From assembly GCA_026417115.1 (NCBI GenBank), contig JAOADW010000008.1:31227-95226 (forward strand): a stretch of DNA of 64,000 nt, written 5' to 3'. The translations under genes were made by a program, and so were the position numbers. The notes beneath the pieces were generated by a model. The model saw nothing but the letters and a program-made list of their open reading frames with translations. It was not told the DNA's origin and did no database searches. This DNA is from Rhodocyclaceae bacterium. GTDB taxonomy: Bacteria; Pseudomonadota; Gammaproteobacteria; Burkholderiales; Rhodocyclaceae. Positions 34,577 through 44,309 of the stretch are shown here, in pieces (position 1 is the first letter of the stretch; each line of letters begins with the position of its first letter).

Positions 34577-35380
34577 ATGCATCCAATGCTTAACATCGCC
34601 GTCAAGGCCGCGCGGCGCGCCGGTCAGATCATCGCACGCGCAAGCCTCGACCTCGATCAAATCAAAGTCGGCGTCAAGCAAAAAAGCGACTTCGTCACCG
34701 GCGTCGACGAGGCAGCGGAAGCCGCCATCCTCGACCTCGTGCGCGAAGTCTATCCGACCCACGCCATCCTCGCCGAGGAAACTGGCGCCAACACCGTGAC
34801 GGGCGCCGAATATCAATGGATCATTGATCCGCTCGATGGTACAACCAATTTCATCCATGGTTTTCCGCAATATGCGGTCTCGATCGCCATCGCCCACAAA
34901 GGCGTCCTCACCCACGCAGTGGTCTTCGATCCGAATCGTAATGAACTCTTTACAGCCACCCGGGGCGCGGGGGCTTACCTCAATGATAAGCGCATACGCG
35001 TCAGCAAACGCGCCAAGCTGGAAGAAGCGTTGATCGGAACGGGTTTCCCCTACCGGTCGTTCGATCACGCCGATGCTTATCTCGCGATTTTCAAAGAAAT
35101 CACGCGCCGCACCGCGGGCGTACGTCGCCCGGGCGCCGCTTCGCTCGACCTCGCGTGGCTAGCCTGTGGCCGGATCGACGGATTTTGGGAGTTTGGCCTC
35201 TCGCCGTGGGACATGGCGGCAGGCGCGCTTTTGATCCAAGAGGCTGGCGGCCTGGTCAGTGATCTCGCTGGAGAAGGCGACTATCTGGCGTCTGGCAACA
35301 TCGTCGCAGGCGCGCCCAAAATCTTCGCTCAGCTGCTTCAAATCATCCAGCCGCACTGCACGCCCTCCCTTGCGCGTTGA
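34577..35380 (+). CDS. suhB: Inositol monophosphatase family protein SuhB
   Basis: [31 protein letters not shown]. Confidence 0.95.
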   Translation: MHPMLNIAVKAARRAGQIIARASLDLDQIKVGVKQKSDFVTGVDEAAEAAILDLVREVYPTHAILAEETGANTVTGAEYQWIIDPLDGTTNFIHGFPQYAVSIAIAHKGVLTHAVVFDPNRNELFTATRGAGAYLNDKRIRVSKRAKLEEALIGTGFPYRSFDHADAYLAIFKEITRRTAGVRRPGAASLDLAWLACGRIDGFWEFGLSPWDMAAGALLIQEAGGLVSDLAGEGDYLASGNIVAGAPKIFAQLLQIIQPHCTPSLAR

Positions 35381-35403
35381 GCGCCATCCGCGAAAAGGCA
35401 GCG

Positions 35404-35431
35404 TTGACAGAATCGGATTCCTTGCTAGAAT
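35404..35431 (+). promoter_or_regulatory. Sigma70 promoter of the tRNA-Gly/tRNA-Cys pair
   Basis: TTGACA-N16-TAGAAT, 13 bp before the tRNA. Confidence 0.85.
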
Positions 35432-35444
35432 GCAAGCTTTCGCT

Positions 35445-35520
35445 GCGGGAGTAGCTCAGTTGGTAGAGCGCAACCTTGCCAAGGTTGAGGTCGCGAGTTC
35501 GAGACTCGTCTCCCGCTCCA
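35445..35520 (+). tRNA. tRNA-Gly(GCC)
   Basis: GCGGGAGTAGCTCAG...CTTGCCAAGG...GTTCGAG...CCCGCTCCA, 76 nt. Confidence 0.98.
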
Positions 35521-35528
35521 GTTTTTGT

Positions 35529-35556
35529 GGGGAAAGCGCGCCGCTTTCCCCTTTTT
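35529..35556 (+). terminator. Terminator-like hairpin between the two tRNAs
   Basis: GGGGAAAGCG-CGC-CGCTTTCCCC-TTTTT. Confidence 0.7.
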
Positions 35557-35584
35557 GCTGAATCCCCGCGTCCTTCTCACGCGT

Positions 35585-35658
35585 GGCGCGATGGCAGAGT
35601 GGTTATGCAGCGGCCTGCAAAGCCGTGGACGTCGGTTCGATTCCGGCTCGCGCCTCCA
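35585..35658 (+). tRNA. tRNA-Cys(GCA)
   Basis: GGCGCGATGGCAGAGTGG...CTGCAAA...GTTCGATT...CGCCTCCA, 74 nt. Confidence 0.97.
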
Positions 35659-35663
35659 CCCCA

Positions 35664-36848
35664 TCACGTTTCATGCTTCGCCAAAGTCTCCATGACCAAG
35701 GCAAGCCAATAGCGAATGCCGCTCTCAATGATCTCGTCATTGAAATCATAGTGCGGGCTATGCAGCAAACAGCCGCCGGCGCCCGGCCCATTGCCCAGCC
35801 AGACATAGCATCCCGGAACTTCGCGCGCTAGATAGGCGAAATCCTCCGCCCCCATACTCGGCTTTACGCCCGTAACGAGTCGATCATCGCCCAAAGCCTG
35901 GCGCACGGCATTTCTGGCGAGAGCTGCCGCCCCCCGATCATTGACAGTCGGCGGATAACCGCGCTGATAAGACCATTCGATGCTGACACGATAGGCCTCA
36001 GCGAGGCCGGCTAAGATGCGCCCCATTGCCGCCTCGAAAGCATCTTGGTGCTCCGGGCGAAACGTTCGCACCGTTCCCCCCAAAACCGCCATCTCGGGCA
36101 AGACGTTGTCGGCATGGCCGGCAGAAAACCGGGTCACGCTGATCACCGCAGCATCCAAAGGATCGATCTCTCGGCTTCGGATGTTATGGAGCGCTTGTAT
36201 GAGCGCTGCGCCAGCCAAAATGGTATCCGTTCCCTGATGCGGCATCGCCGCATGGGCGCCACGCCCACGGAGCACGATTTCGAAGCGATCGGCGCCAGCC
36301 ATCACGGGCCCCTCGATCACGGCGATCGATCCCGCAGACAATCCTGGCCAATTGTGCAGGCCAAAAACGTATTGCATCGGAAAACGTGCGAAAAGACCCT
36401 CTTCGACCATCTTTTTGCCACCGCCTTCGTGCTCTTCGGCAGGCTGAAAAATCAAATAAACCGTGCCGTCGAAAGCGTTCTGGCGCGCAAGGTGCACGAG
36501 GGCTTCGGCTGCGCCGACGAGCATCGCCGTGTGGCCATCATGACCGCAGGCATGCATGCGTCCGGGCACTTGCGAACGATGGGGGAAATCATTGAGTTCC
36601 ATGAGCGGCAAAGCGTCCATGTCGGCGCGTAAGCCGATCGCCCGACTGCTCGTGCCGGCGCGCACGACGCCGACGACACCAGTTTTGGCCATACCCGTAT
36701 GCGTCTCGATGCCGAGCGCACGTAAACGCTCAGCGACGATCGCCGAGGTACGCCGCTCTTCGAAAGCAAGCTCGGGATGGGCATGAAGATCGCGGCGCAG
36801 CTGGCGCGTACGCGCAACGATGTCGGGCAAAATGGCGGCGAATTCCAT
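35664..36848 (-). CDS. M20D amidohydrolase (hippurate hydrolase-like)
   Basis: HAHPELAFEE, RADMDAL, MHACGHDGH, FQPAEE. Confidence 0.92.
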   Translation of the reverse strand: MEFAAILPDIVARTRQLRRDLHAHPELAFEERRTSAIVAERLRALGIETHTGMAKTGVVGVVRAGTSSRAIGLRADMDALPLMELNDFPHRSQVPGRMHACGHDGHTAMLVGAAEALVHLARQNAFDGTVYLIFQPAEEHEGGGKKMVEEGLFARFPMQYVFGLHNWPGLSAGSIAVIEGPVMAGADRFEIVLRGRGAHAAMPHQGTDTILAGAALIQALHNIRSREIDPLDAAVISVTRFSAGHADNVLPEMAVLGGTVRTFRPEHQDAFEAAMGRILAGLAEAYRVSIEWSYQRGYPPTVNDRGAAALARNAVRQALGDDRLVTGVKPSMGAEDFAYLAREVPGCYVWLGNGPGAGGCLLHSPHYDFNDEIIESGIRYWLALVMETLAKHET

Positions 36849-36914
36849 GGTTGCTTTCGTTCCCTCACGTGACGAACTCGAACTTTAACATCGCCTGCCG
36901 AATAAAATCGAGAC

Positions 36915-38378
36915 ATGGCCGAACCCATCCTACTCCTCGAACGGCTACGCGCCCTCGAAAGCCAATACGCCCATCTGTCTCCCCCGCTGATGGAGCGGGC
37001 CGGAGAAGCCGCCGCCCAACAAGTCGAACGATTGGTCGGAGCTACGAAACGCATGATCCTTGTTCTGGCTGGGCCAGGAAACAACGGTGGCGATGCTTTT
37101 GTCATGGCACGCCACCTTCTTGCAAAAAACTACACTCCGTATGTGATGTTCGTTGGCGAGCCAGATCGTCTTCCTCCCGACGCGCGCAGAGCCTACTCCG
37201 CATGGAGAGAACTCGGCGGCGAATGCCATGCCCGCTGGCCAGACTGTGAACCAGCGCTCATCGTCGACGGGCTTTTCGGCATTGGACTTTCCCGCCCGAT
37301 CGTCGGGATTTATGCAGAATGGATTGAAAACGCCAATGCGAGCCGAAGTCCAATGCTTGCTCTCGACGTACCCAGTGGACTCGACGCCGAACGGGGGCGC
37401 ACGACTGGGCCGGCGATCGTGGCCCGTCATACCCTGACCTTCATCGCGCACAAACCCGGGCTTCTCACCGGCGATGGTCCCGACCACTGCGGAGAGATCA
37501 CGCTGGCATCTTTGGGCGTCCCTGTCGATCACGCCGATGGCGCCCTTGTCGAACCCTCTCTGTTTTCCCCCCATCTGCGCCCTCGTCGGCGCAACACCCA
37601 CAAAGGCGATTTTGGCAGCGCCGCCATCATCGGCGGGGCAACTGGCATGACCGGCGCAGCGCTACTCGCCGGGCGTGCCGCTCTCATGCTCGGCGCTGGC
37701 CGAGTCTATGTTGGCCTCCTGGAACGACAAGCCGTAGATTCCCTGCAGCCGGAGCTGATGCTGCGACAGCCCTTCGATGCGCTCGAGCATGCAACGGTCA
37801 TCGCCATTGGCCCAGGCCTCGGTCGCACCCTATCCGCGCATGAGCCGCTGCTCGCAGCCATCGACGCGCCGAAGCCGCTGATCTTGGACGCCGACGCCTT
37901 GTTTCTTGTGGCCGAAAGCCCATTGCTCGCGCGCAGGCTCCATGCCCGCGCCGCGCCAACCATACTGACGCCGCATCCCGGTGAAGCAGCGCGGCTTTTA
38001 GACACCACGAGCGCCCTGATACAAGACAACCGTCTTTCGGCCGCCCTCGAACTCGCGCGACGCTTTCGCGCCACCGTCATCCTCAAAGGATGCGGCAGCA
38101 TCATCGCCGTCCCAGAGGGACATTGGTATATCAACGCCAGCGGTCACCCTGGACTCGCCACGGCTGGCACGGGCGACGTGCTCACGGGCATGATTTCGGC
38201 ATTGCTCGCACAAGGATGGCCGCCGCTTGCCGCCTCTCTCGCAGCCACCCATCTCCATGGTCTGGCAGCAGAAAGGCTCGCCCACGAAGGCATCGGCCCC
38301 ATCGGGCTCACGGCGCAAGAGTTGATCCCCATGGCGCGGCAAATCTTCAACGGTTGGATCGATCGCTTTGGCTGTTGA
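36915..38378 (+). CDS. nnr: Bifunctional NAD(P)HX epimerase/dehydratase
   Basis: GPGNNGGD, DGLFGIG, HKGDFG, TPHPGE, AGTGDVL. Confidence 0.93.
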   Translation: MAEPILLLERLRALESQYAHLSPPLMERAGEAAAQQVERLVGATKRMILVLAGPGNNGGDAFVMARHLLAKNYTPYVMFVGEPDRLPPDARRAYSAWRELGGECHARWPDCEPALIVDGLFGIGLSRPIVGIYAEWIENANASRSPMLALDVPSGLDAERGRTTGPAIVARHTLTFIAHKPGLLTGDGPDHCGEITLASLGVPVDHADGALVEPSLFSPHLRPRRRNTHKGDFGSAAIIGGATGMTGAALLAGRAALMLGAGRVYVGLLERQAVDSLQPELMLRQPFDALEHATVIAIGPGLGRTLSAHEPLLAAIDAPKPLILDADALFLVAESPLLARRLHARAAPTILTPHPGEAARLLDTTSALIQDNRLSAALELARRFRATVILKGCGSIIAVPEGHWYINASGHPGLATAGTGDVLTGMISALLAQGWPPLAASLAATHLHGLAAERLAHEGIGPIGLTAQELIPMARQIFNGWIDRFGC

Positions 38379-39234
38379 AACACGCCCCCTGCGCGGCATC
38401 CTGATGATGCTCGCCGCCGTCCTTTGCTTCGCGCTTCTCGATGCGACTGCCAAGCATTTGTCACAAAAATTTCCCGTCCCGATGCTCGTGTGGGCGCGCT
38501 ATACCTTTCACCTCTTGCTGATGTTGCTTTTTCTGGCGCCCACCCTGCGATGGAAACTCATCGCCACGCAGCGCCCTTTCCTCCAAATCGTGCGAGCAAC
38601 CATGTTGGTGTGCGTCACTGGCTTCGCGATGGCGGCTTTTCGCCTTCTGCCGCTTGCTGAGACGACAGCCTTGCTGTTCATCACCCCCTTGATCGTCGCT
38701 CTCCTCGCTGGCCCCTTTCTCGGTGAGCAGGTCACGCGACGGCAGTGGCTCGCGTCCCTCACGGGATTTGCCGGTGCATTACTCATCGCCCGCCCAAGCG
38801 GCGCCCTCAATCTCACCGGCATCATCTTCGTCCTTGCGGCCGCTCTCTGCTACAGCATCTATCAAATCCAGACGCGGCAATTGACCCCCACCGAGAACAC
38901 CTTCACCATGCTTTTCTATACGGCCCTCGTGGGGGCCTTTGTGATGACTGTTGGCGCTCCTCTTTACTGGTCTGGCCCCTGGCCGAATTTGCCAGAAGCC
39001 CTCCTCATCGCTTCCCTCGGGATCTTTGGCGGTACGGGCCATTTCCTCCTGATTTCGGCTTTTCGACATGCGCCGGCGACCACGCTCTCCCCGCTCCTCT
39101 ATGTTCAGCTCATCTGGGCGACCCTCCTCGGCTGGTTGCTTTTCGGAGACTGGCCGGATCCCATCAGCCTGGTCGGCATGCTCTTGATTGCTGCAGCCAG
39201 CGCAAGCATCGCCACAAACCGTCGCACGGCTTAG
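38368..39234 (+). CDS. DMT/EamA family transporter
   Basis: About 10 hydrophobic helices with EamA repeat pattern. Confidence 0.85.
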   Translation: MAVETRPLRGILMMLAAVLCFALLDATAKHLSQKFPVPMLVWARYTFHLLLMLLFLAPTLRWKLIATQRPFLQIVRATMLVCVTGFAMAAFRLLPLAETTALLFITPLIVALLAGPFLGEQVTRRQWLASLTGFAGALLIARPSGALNLTGIIFVLAAALCYSIYQIQTRQLTPTENTFTMLFYTALVGAFVMTVGAPLYWSGPWPNLPEALLIASLGIFGGTGHFLLISAFRHAPATTLSPLLYVQLIWATLLGWLLFGDWPDPISLVGMLLIAAASASIATNRRTA

Positions 39235-39243
39235 AATCGCGCC

Positions 39244-40095
39244 ATGGATGATTTCCCCCTTCCCCTTGCGCGAGAAATCGAATGCAATGTGCTCGCCGCC
39301 CTGGCAGAAGACATCGGCAGCGGCGATCTGACGGCCTTGCTTGCCCCAGGAGGACGCACCTCGACCGGCATCGTCACCTGCCGCGAGCAAGCCATCCTCT
39401 GTGGCACCGCATGGTTCAACGCTTGCTTCAAACGCCTGGATCCGGCTGCCAACATCCACTGGCTGAAAAAAGATGGAGATCTCGTGAAAGCCAACGAGAT
39501 CATCTGCGAAATCGCCGCCGACACCCGGGCCTTGCTTACCGCAGAACGTAGTGCATTGAATTTTTTGCAGCTTCTCTCCGGCGTGGCGACAACGACGCGC
39601 CGCTATGTCGAAGCCATTGCTGGCACGCACGCCAAAATCGTAGACACGCGCAAAACTCTGCCTGGGCTTCGCCTCGCACAGAAATACGCCGTGAGATGCG
39701 GAGGTGGCATCAATCATCGTTTGGGTCTTTACGATGGCATTCTGATCAAGGAAAACCACATCCTCGCGTGCGGCGGCATCAAGCAAGCACTCGCGCGTGC
39801 GCGCGCGATCGCGCGAGCGGGCGTATTCATCGAGATCGAAGTGGAAACGCTTGCAGAACTCGAAGAGGCACTGGCTGCAGGGGCCACGATGATCTTGCTC
39901 GACAACATGAGTCTTCACGAAATGCAAGAAGCCGTTCGCCTGAACGCTCGCCGCGCCGAGCTCGAAGCCTCCGGCGGCGTAAGCCTGACTACCGTGCGTG
40001 CGATCGCAGAAACCGGCATCGACCGCATCTCGATCGGCGCTTTGACGAAAGACGTGCGCGCCATCGACCTATCGCTACGGCACAGCGAAGAATAA
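39244..40095 (+). CDS. nadC: Quinolinate phosphoribosyltransferase
   Basis: DTRKTLPG, NHRLGLYD, LIKENH, EASGG. Confidence 0.96.
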   Translation: MDDFPLPLAREIECNVLAALAEDIGSGDLTALLAPGGRTSTGIVTCREQAILCGTAWFNACFKRLDPAANIHWLKKDGDLVKANEIICEIAADTRALLTAERSALNFLQLLSGVATTTRRYVEAIAGTHAKIVDTRKTLPGLRLAQKYAVRCGGGINHRLGLYDGILIKENHILACGGIKQALARARAIARAGVFIEIEVETLAELEEALAAGATMILLDNMSLHEMQEAVRLNARRAELEASGGVSLTTVRAIAETGIDRISIGALTKDVRAIDLSLRHSEE

Positions 40096-40107
40096 AAAGC
40101 CGCACTC

Positions 40108-40116
40108 TGTTAGAAT
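40108..40116 (+). promoter_or_regulatory. Possible extended -10 promoter for the repeat/tRNA-Ser transcript
   Basis: TGT-TAGAAT (TGn plus -10); no good -35. Confidence 0.45.
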
Positions 40117-40160
40117 CTCTGCTGGCGAGACATCGCACCGGGAGCCAAGAAGGAGACCCC

Positions 40161-40464
40161 AGCGTGTTCGCTGCGCTTCAATTTCAGCGGAAGAGCCAGG
40201 TGGGTGGTCTAAGCCGCACGCCTGGACAACGCGCTTCTCACGAAGCGCGTTGCGGCGAAGGCTAACGTGAGCGACAGCGAACGTTATGCCGAAGCCAAAG
40301 CGTGTTCGCTGCGCTTCAATTTCAGCGGAAGAGCCAGGTGAGTGGTCTAAGCCGCACGCCTGGACAACGCGCTTCTCACGAAGCGCGTTGCGGCGAAGGC
40401 TAACGTGAGCGACAGCGAACGTTATGCCGAAGCCAAAGCGTGTTCGCTGCGCTTCAATTTCAGC
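40161..40464 (+). repeat. 138-bp tandem repeat: two full units (40161-40298, 40299-40436) plus the start of a third that leads into tRNA-Ser
   Basis: Units are identical apart from G/A at 40203/40341; each is leader + tRNA-Ser 5' half + 71-nt palindromic insert. Confidence 0.97.
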
Positions 40465-40555
40465 GGAGAGGTGGGTGAGTGGTCTAAGCCGCACGCCTGG
40501 AAAGCGTGTTCAGGGTAACCCCCTGACGCGGGTTCGAATCCCGCCCTCTCCGCCA
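40465..40555 (+). tRNA. tRNA-Ser(GGA)
   Basis: GGAGAGG...CACGC-CTGGAAA-GCGTG, long variable arm, GGTTCGAATCC, CTCTCCGCCA; 91 nt. Confidence 0.96.
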
Positions 40556-40603
40556 GCTTCATTTCTTCTCGATGCGGACTCGGTGCATCGGTCAAACGAG
40601 CGT

Positions 40604-41749
40604 TTATCTGACCAGCGCCCAGTCGCCGTTCTTGATCTCGAGCATGCGGAAAGCGGAGAGATCGAGCCCCATGTGGTCGGTTGGCGACATATTGACGACG
40701 CCGCCCGTTCCGATATAGCCACGCGTCGCTTCGATCGCATCGCGCACTTTCGCTTTGTCCGTCGTGCCTGCTCGTTTGATGGCATCGACAGCGATCATGA
40801 GGCCGTCATAGGCATGCCCCCCGAAGGTAGAAACATCGGTTTTCCAACGCTCATTGAAGGCCTTCTTATACGCCATCGCCACGGCTTTCTGCGGATCTTT
40901 GTCATCGAGCTTGTCCGCCACCAATAAGGCTGCGGCTGGCAGACGCACGCCCTCCGCCGCCGGACCAGCAAGCTTGATGAATTCTTCCGACGCTACGCCA
41001 TGAGCATGATAGATCGGCAGCGTAATACCCAACTGCTTGGCGTTTTTTGTCGCAATCGCCGGCCCTTGACCAAGGCCAAAGATGAAGATTGCCTGCACCC
41101 CTTCCGTGTTTTTGATCTTGGTTAGCTGTGGCGTCATATCAGTATCCTTGGGGCCATAGGTTTCGTTGGCGACGAGCGTAATGCCATACTTGGGGGCGAC
41201 GGCTTCTGTTTCCTTCTTGCCCGATTGGCCAAAGCCACTGGTTTCGGAAAGCAGCGCCACCTTGCTGATTCCGCGTTTCTTCATGTCTTCGAAAACCTTC
41301 TCTGCAGCCATGCGATCGGTATGCGGTGTCTTGAACACCCATTTCTTGACCGGCTCGATGATCACCACCGCCCCCGCCAATGAGATGAAAGGCACGCCCG
41401 CTTTTTCTACCAGCGGCACCATCGCCATGGTCGAGCCTGTCGTCGTTCCTCCGACGATCAGATCGACCTTGTCATCCTCGATCAAACGCTTTGCAAAAGC
41501 GTTGGCTTTGCTTGCATCCGAGCCATCGTCATAATGGATGAGCTGCAATGGACGACCCAGCACCCCTCCTTTTTTGTTGATTTCCTCGATATACATCTCG
41601 AGGGTCTTCAGCTCTGGGTCACCGAGAAACGCGGCTGGTCCTGTCACCGATAGCACGGAGCCAATCTTGATCGGCTCTGCCGCAAATACCAAACTCGCAT
41701 AAAAAGCGGCTATCAATCCGCCCCACAGTCGCTTCAAAATGTTTTTCAT
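40604..41749 (-). CDS. LIV-family ABC substrate-binding protein (probably aromatic acid)
   Basis: Signal peptide, IKIGSVLSVTGPAAFLG, GGVLGRPL; last gene of the paa operon. Confidence 0.88.
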   Translation of the reverse strand: MKNILKRLWGGLIAAFYASLVFAAEPIKIGSVLSVTGPAAFLGDPELKTLEMYIEEINKKGGVLGRPLQLIHYDDGSDASKANAFAKRLIEDDKVDLIVGGTTTGSTMAMVPLVEKAGVPFISLAGAVVIIEPVKKWVFKTPHTDRMAAEKVFEDMKKRGISKVALLSETSGFGQSGKKETEAVAPKYGITLVANETYGPKDTDMTPQLTKIKNTEGVQAIFIFGLGQGPAIATKNAKQLGITLPIYHAHGVASEEFIKLAGPAAEGVRLPAAALLVADKLDDKDPQKAVAMAYKKAFNERWKTDVSTFGGHAYDGLMIAVDAIKRAGTTDKAKVRDAIEATRGYIGTGGVVNMSPTDHMGLDLSAFRMLEIKNGDWALVR

Positions 41750-41776
41750 GCTCTCTCTCCTCCTTGGGTGTAAAAA

Positions 41777-42985
41777 TCAGACTCGTTCGACGATGAGGGC
41801 AATCCCCTGGCCTACGCCAATACACATCGTGCACAAAGCAAAGCGCCCTTGACGTCGTCGTAATTCATAAATGGCTGTCGTCGCCAGCCGCGCCCCGCTC
41901 ATGCCAAGTGGATGTCCAAGCGCGATGGCTCCTCCATTAGGATTGACATGCTCTGCGTCATCCGGCAAGCCGAGTTGCCTCAAAACCGCCAACGCCTGCG
42001 CGGCAAAAGCTTCATTGAGCTCGATGACATCCATCTCGCCAAGTGAAAGGCCGAGCCGCGCAAGCAGTTTTTGTGTGGCAGGCACAGGGCCAATGCCCAT
42101 GATGCGCGGAGCTACACCCGCTACTGCGCAACCGACGATGCGAGCAAGCGGGTTCAAGCAATGCCGTCGCACTGCCTCTTCCGACGCGAGCAGCAACGCA
42201 CAGGCGCCATCATTGACGCCAGACGCGTTGCCCGCGGTGACCGTGCCATCGGGACGAACGACGCCTTTAAGCTTAGCCAAGGCTTCTAAGGTCGTTTCCG
42301 GCCGTGGGTGTTCGTCTGCCTGCACAAGGCGCGTCTCGCCTTTTTTTTGGGCTACGGCAACGCTGATGCGTTCTTCAGCGAAGCGCCCGGCAGCCTCTGC
42401 AGCCGCATAACGCTGCTGGCTCCGCCAGGCGAAGGCATCCTGGTCTGCACGGGCGATACCGAATTCGGCCGCGACGTTTTCCGCCGTCTCCGGCATGGAA
42501 TCGGCACCATAAAGGGCTAGCATGCGCGGGTTGATGAAACGCCAACCAATCGTCGTGTCGAAAATTTGTGCCTCGCGTGAAAAGGCCGTTTCCGCCTTGG
42601 CGAGCACGAAAGGCGCACGCGACATGCTTTCCACCCCGCCGGCGATGACGAGATCCGCCTCTCCTGCGCCTATGCTTCTGGACGCCATGGCCACTGCATC
42701 AAGGCCAGAACCGCAAAGCCGATTGATCGTCGTGCCAGGCACCGTCGTAGGCAATCCAGCCAGCAAAGCAGCCATGCGCGCGACATTGCGGTTGTCCTCG
42801 CCGGCTTGATTGGCGCAGCCAAAGATGACGTCGTCGATGGCTTGCCTATCGAGATCCGGGTAACGTTCGATCAGCGCGGCGATCGACAGCGCAGCAAGAT
42901 CGTCCGGACGCACCGTAGACAGCGCCCCACCATACCGGCCGATCGGCGTGCGTAAGGCGCCACAAACATAAACTGGACGCATCAT
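41777..42985 (-). CDS. paaJ: 3-oxoadipyl-CoA thiolase (PaaJ/PcaF family)
   Basis: NRLCGSGL, NEAFAAQ, GHPLG, CIGVGQG. Confidence 0.88.
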   Translation of the reverse strand: MMRPVYVCGALRTPIGRYGGALSTVRPDDLAALSIAALIERYPDLDRQAIDDVIFGCANQAGEDNRNVARMAALLAGLPTTVPGTTINRLCGSGLDAVAMASRSIGAGEADLVIAGGVESMSRAPFVLAKAETAFSREAQIFDTTIGWRFINPRMLALYGADSMPETAENVAAEFGIARADQDAFAWRSQQRYAAAEAAGRFAEERISVAVAQKKGETRLVQADEHPRPETTLEALAKLKGVVRPDGTVTAGNASGVNDGACALLLASEEAVRRHCLNPLARIVGCAVAGVAPRIMGIGPVPATQKLLARLGLSLGEMDVIELNEAFAAQALAVLRQLGLPDDAEHVNPNGGAIALGHPLGMSGARLATTAIYELRRRQGRFALCTMCIGVGQGIALIVERV

Positions 42986-44307
42986 CGCTCCTTCGGTCGC
43001 TCATCGATCACGCGCTTGGCCTTGCCCACGAGCGTGCGTGGCAAGGTGTCGAAATCCATGATCGTGACCTGTGTAGTGACCCCGACCATGCTCTTGATTC
43101 TCTGTTGCAGCTCCTCAGCCGCCTGACGGCGTAGCTCAGGAGAAAAATTGCCGGTCAATTCTGGCCGAAGTTCGCAGCGGACTTCGAGGGTATCGAGATG
43201 ACCTTCCCGTCGAACGACCAGCTGGTAATTCCCGCAAAAGCGCGCATCCCGTAGGATCTGCTCTTCGATTTGCGTCGGGAAAACATTGACGCCCCGGATG
43301 ATCAGCATATCGTCGGTGCGGCCGGTAATCTTGGCCATACGCCGGAAAGAGCGCGCAGTCGGCGGCAAAAGTCGAGTCAAATCACGCGTGCGGTAGCGGA
43401 TGACGGGCATCGCTTCCTTGGTGAGCGAGGTAAAGACCAGCTCCCCTTCCTCGCCATCGGGCAAAACCTCGCCAGTCTCCGGATCGATGATTTCTGGGTA
43501 AAAATGATCTTCCCAAATCACGGGCCCATCTTTACTCTCGATACACTCGCAGGCCACGCCCGGGCCGATCACTTCGGATAAGCCATAAATATCGATGGCA
43601 TCGATGGCGAGTTTGCTTTCGATCTCTGCACGCATTCCCTCGCCCCAGGGCTCTGCGCCAAAAATGCCGATCTTGAGCGAGGTTTTGCGAGGATCGATGC
43701 CCTGTTTTTCGAATTCTTCGGCGATCACCAACATGTACGAGGGGGTCACCATGATGATGTCGGGCTCGAAATCACGAATGAGCTGCACCTGCTTTTCGGT
43801 TTGCCCGCCAGACATCGGCACCACTAAGCAGCCTAGACGCTCGGCGCCATAATGAGCGCCAAGCCCCCCTGTAAATAGCCCATAGCCATAAGCGACATGC
43901 ACCGTATCGCCAGGCCTTCCGCCCGCTGCACGTATCGAGCGGGCAACAACGTCGGCCCAGGTATCGATGTCTTTCTTCGTATACCCGACCACTGTGGGCT
44001 TGCCCGTAGTGCCAGAAGAAGCATGGACCCGCGCAAGTTTTTGACGTGGGTAAGCAAACATGCCGAATGGATAATTCTCGCGCAGATCCTGTTTGGTCGT
44101 GAAAGGGAATTTCGAGAGATCGGATAGCGTCTTCAGATCGTCAGGATGGACGCCCGTGGCATCGAATTTCTTGCGATAGTGCGGTACGTTTTCATAAGCA
44201 TGACGCAATGTCCATTTCAGGCGCTCGAGCTGCAATGCAGCGATTTCGTCGCGGCTTGCTTTTTCGATGGGCTCGAGCTCATGGGGTGCAGGGCGTTTAG
44301 CGGTCAT
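42982..44307 (-). CDS. paaK: Phenylacetate-CoA ligase
   Basis: HASSGTTGKP, YGYGLFTGGLGAHYGAE, YGLSE, RYRTRD. Confidence 0.95.
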   Translation of the reverse strand: MTAKRPAPHELEPIEKASRDEIAALQLERLKWTLRHAYENVPHYRKKFDATGVHPDDLKTLSDLSKFPFTTKQDLRENYPFGMFAYPRQKLARVHASSGTTGKPTVVGYTKKDIDTWADVVARSIRAAGGRPGDTVHVAYGYGLFTGGLGAHYGAERLGCLVVPMSGGQTEKQVQLIRDFEPDIIMVTPSYMLVIAEEFEKQGIDPRKTSLKIGIFGAEPWGEGMRAEIESKLAIDAIDIYGLSEVIGPGVACECIESKDGPVIWEDHFYPEIIDPETGEVLPDGEEGELVFTSLTKEAMPVIRYRTRDLTRLLPPTARSFRRMAKITGRTDDMLIIRGVNVFPTQIEEQILRDARFCGNYQLVVRREGHLDTLEVRCELRPELTGNFSPELRRQAAEELQQRIKSMVGVTTQVTIMDFDTLPRTLVGKAKRVIDERPKER

Positions 44308-44309
44308 CG

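Noticed and set aside
40227-40297. Self-splicing group I intron in tRNA
   Set aside because: Far too short, no P/Q/R/S core, and the interrupted copies lack the tRNA 3' half
40161-40464. Possible CRISPR array
   Set aside because: Units are identical end to end with no unique spacers, are tRNA-derived, and no cas genes are present
40075-40494. Minus-strand 139-aa ORF with an internal 46-aa repeat
   Set aside because: Antisense to the tRNA-derived repeats; the periodicity simply reflects 138 = 46 x 3
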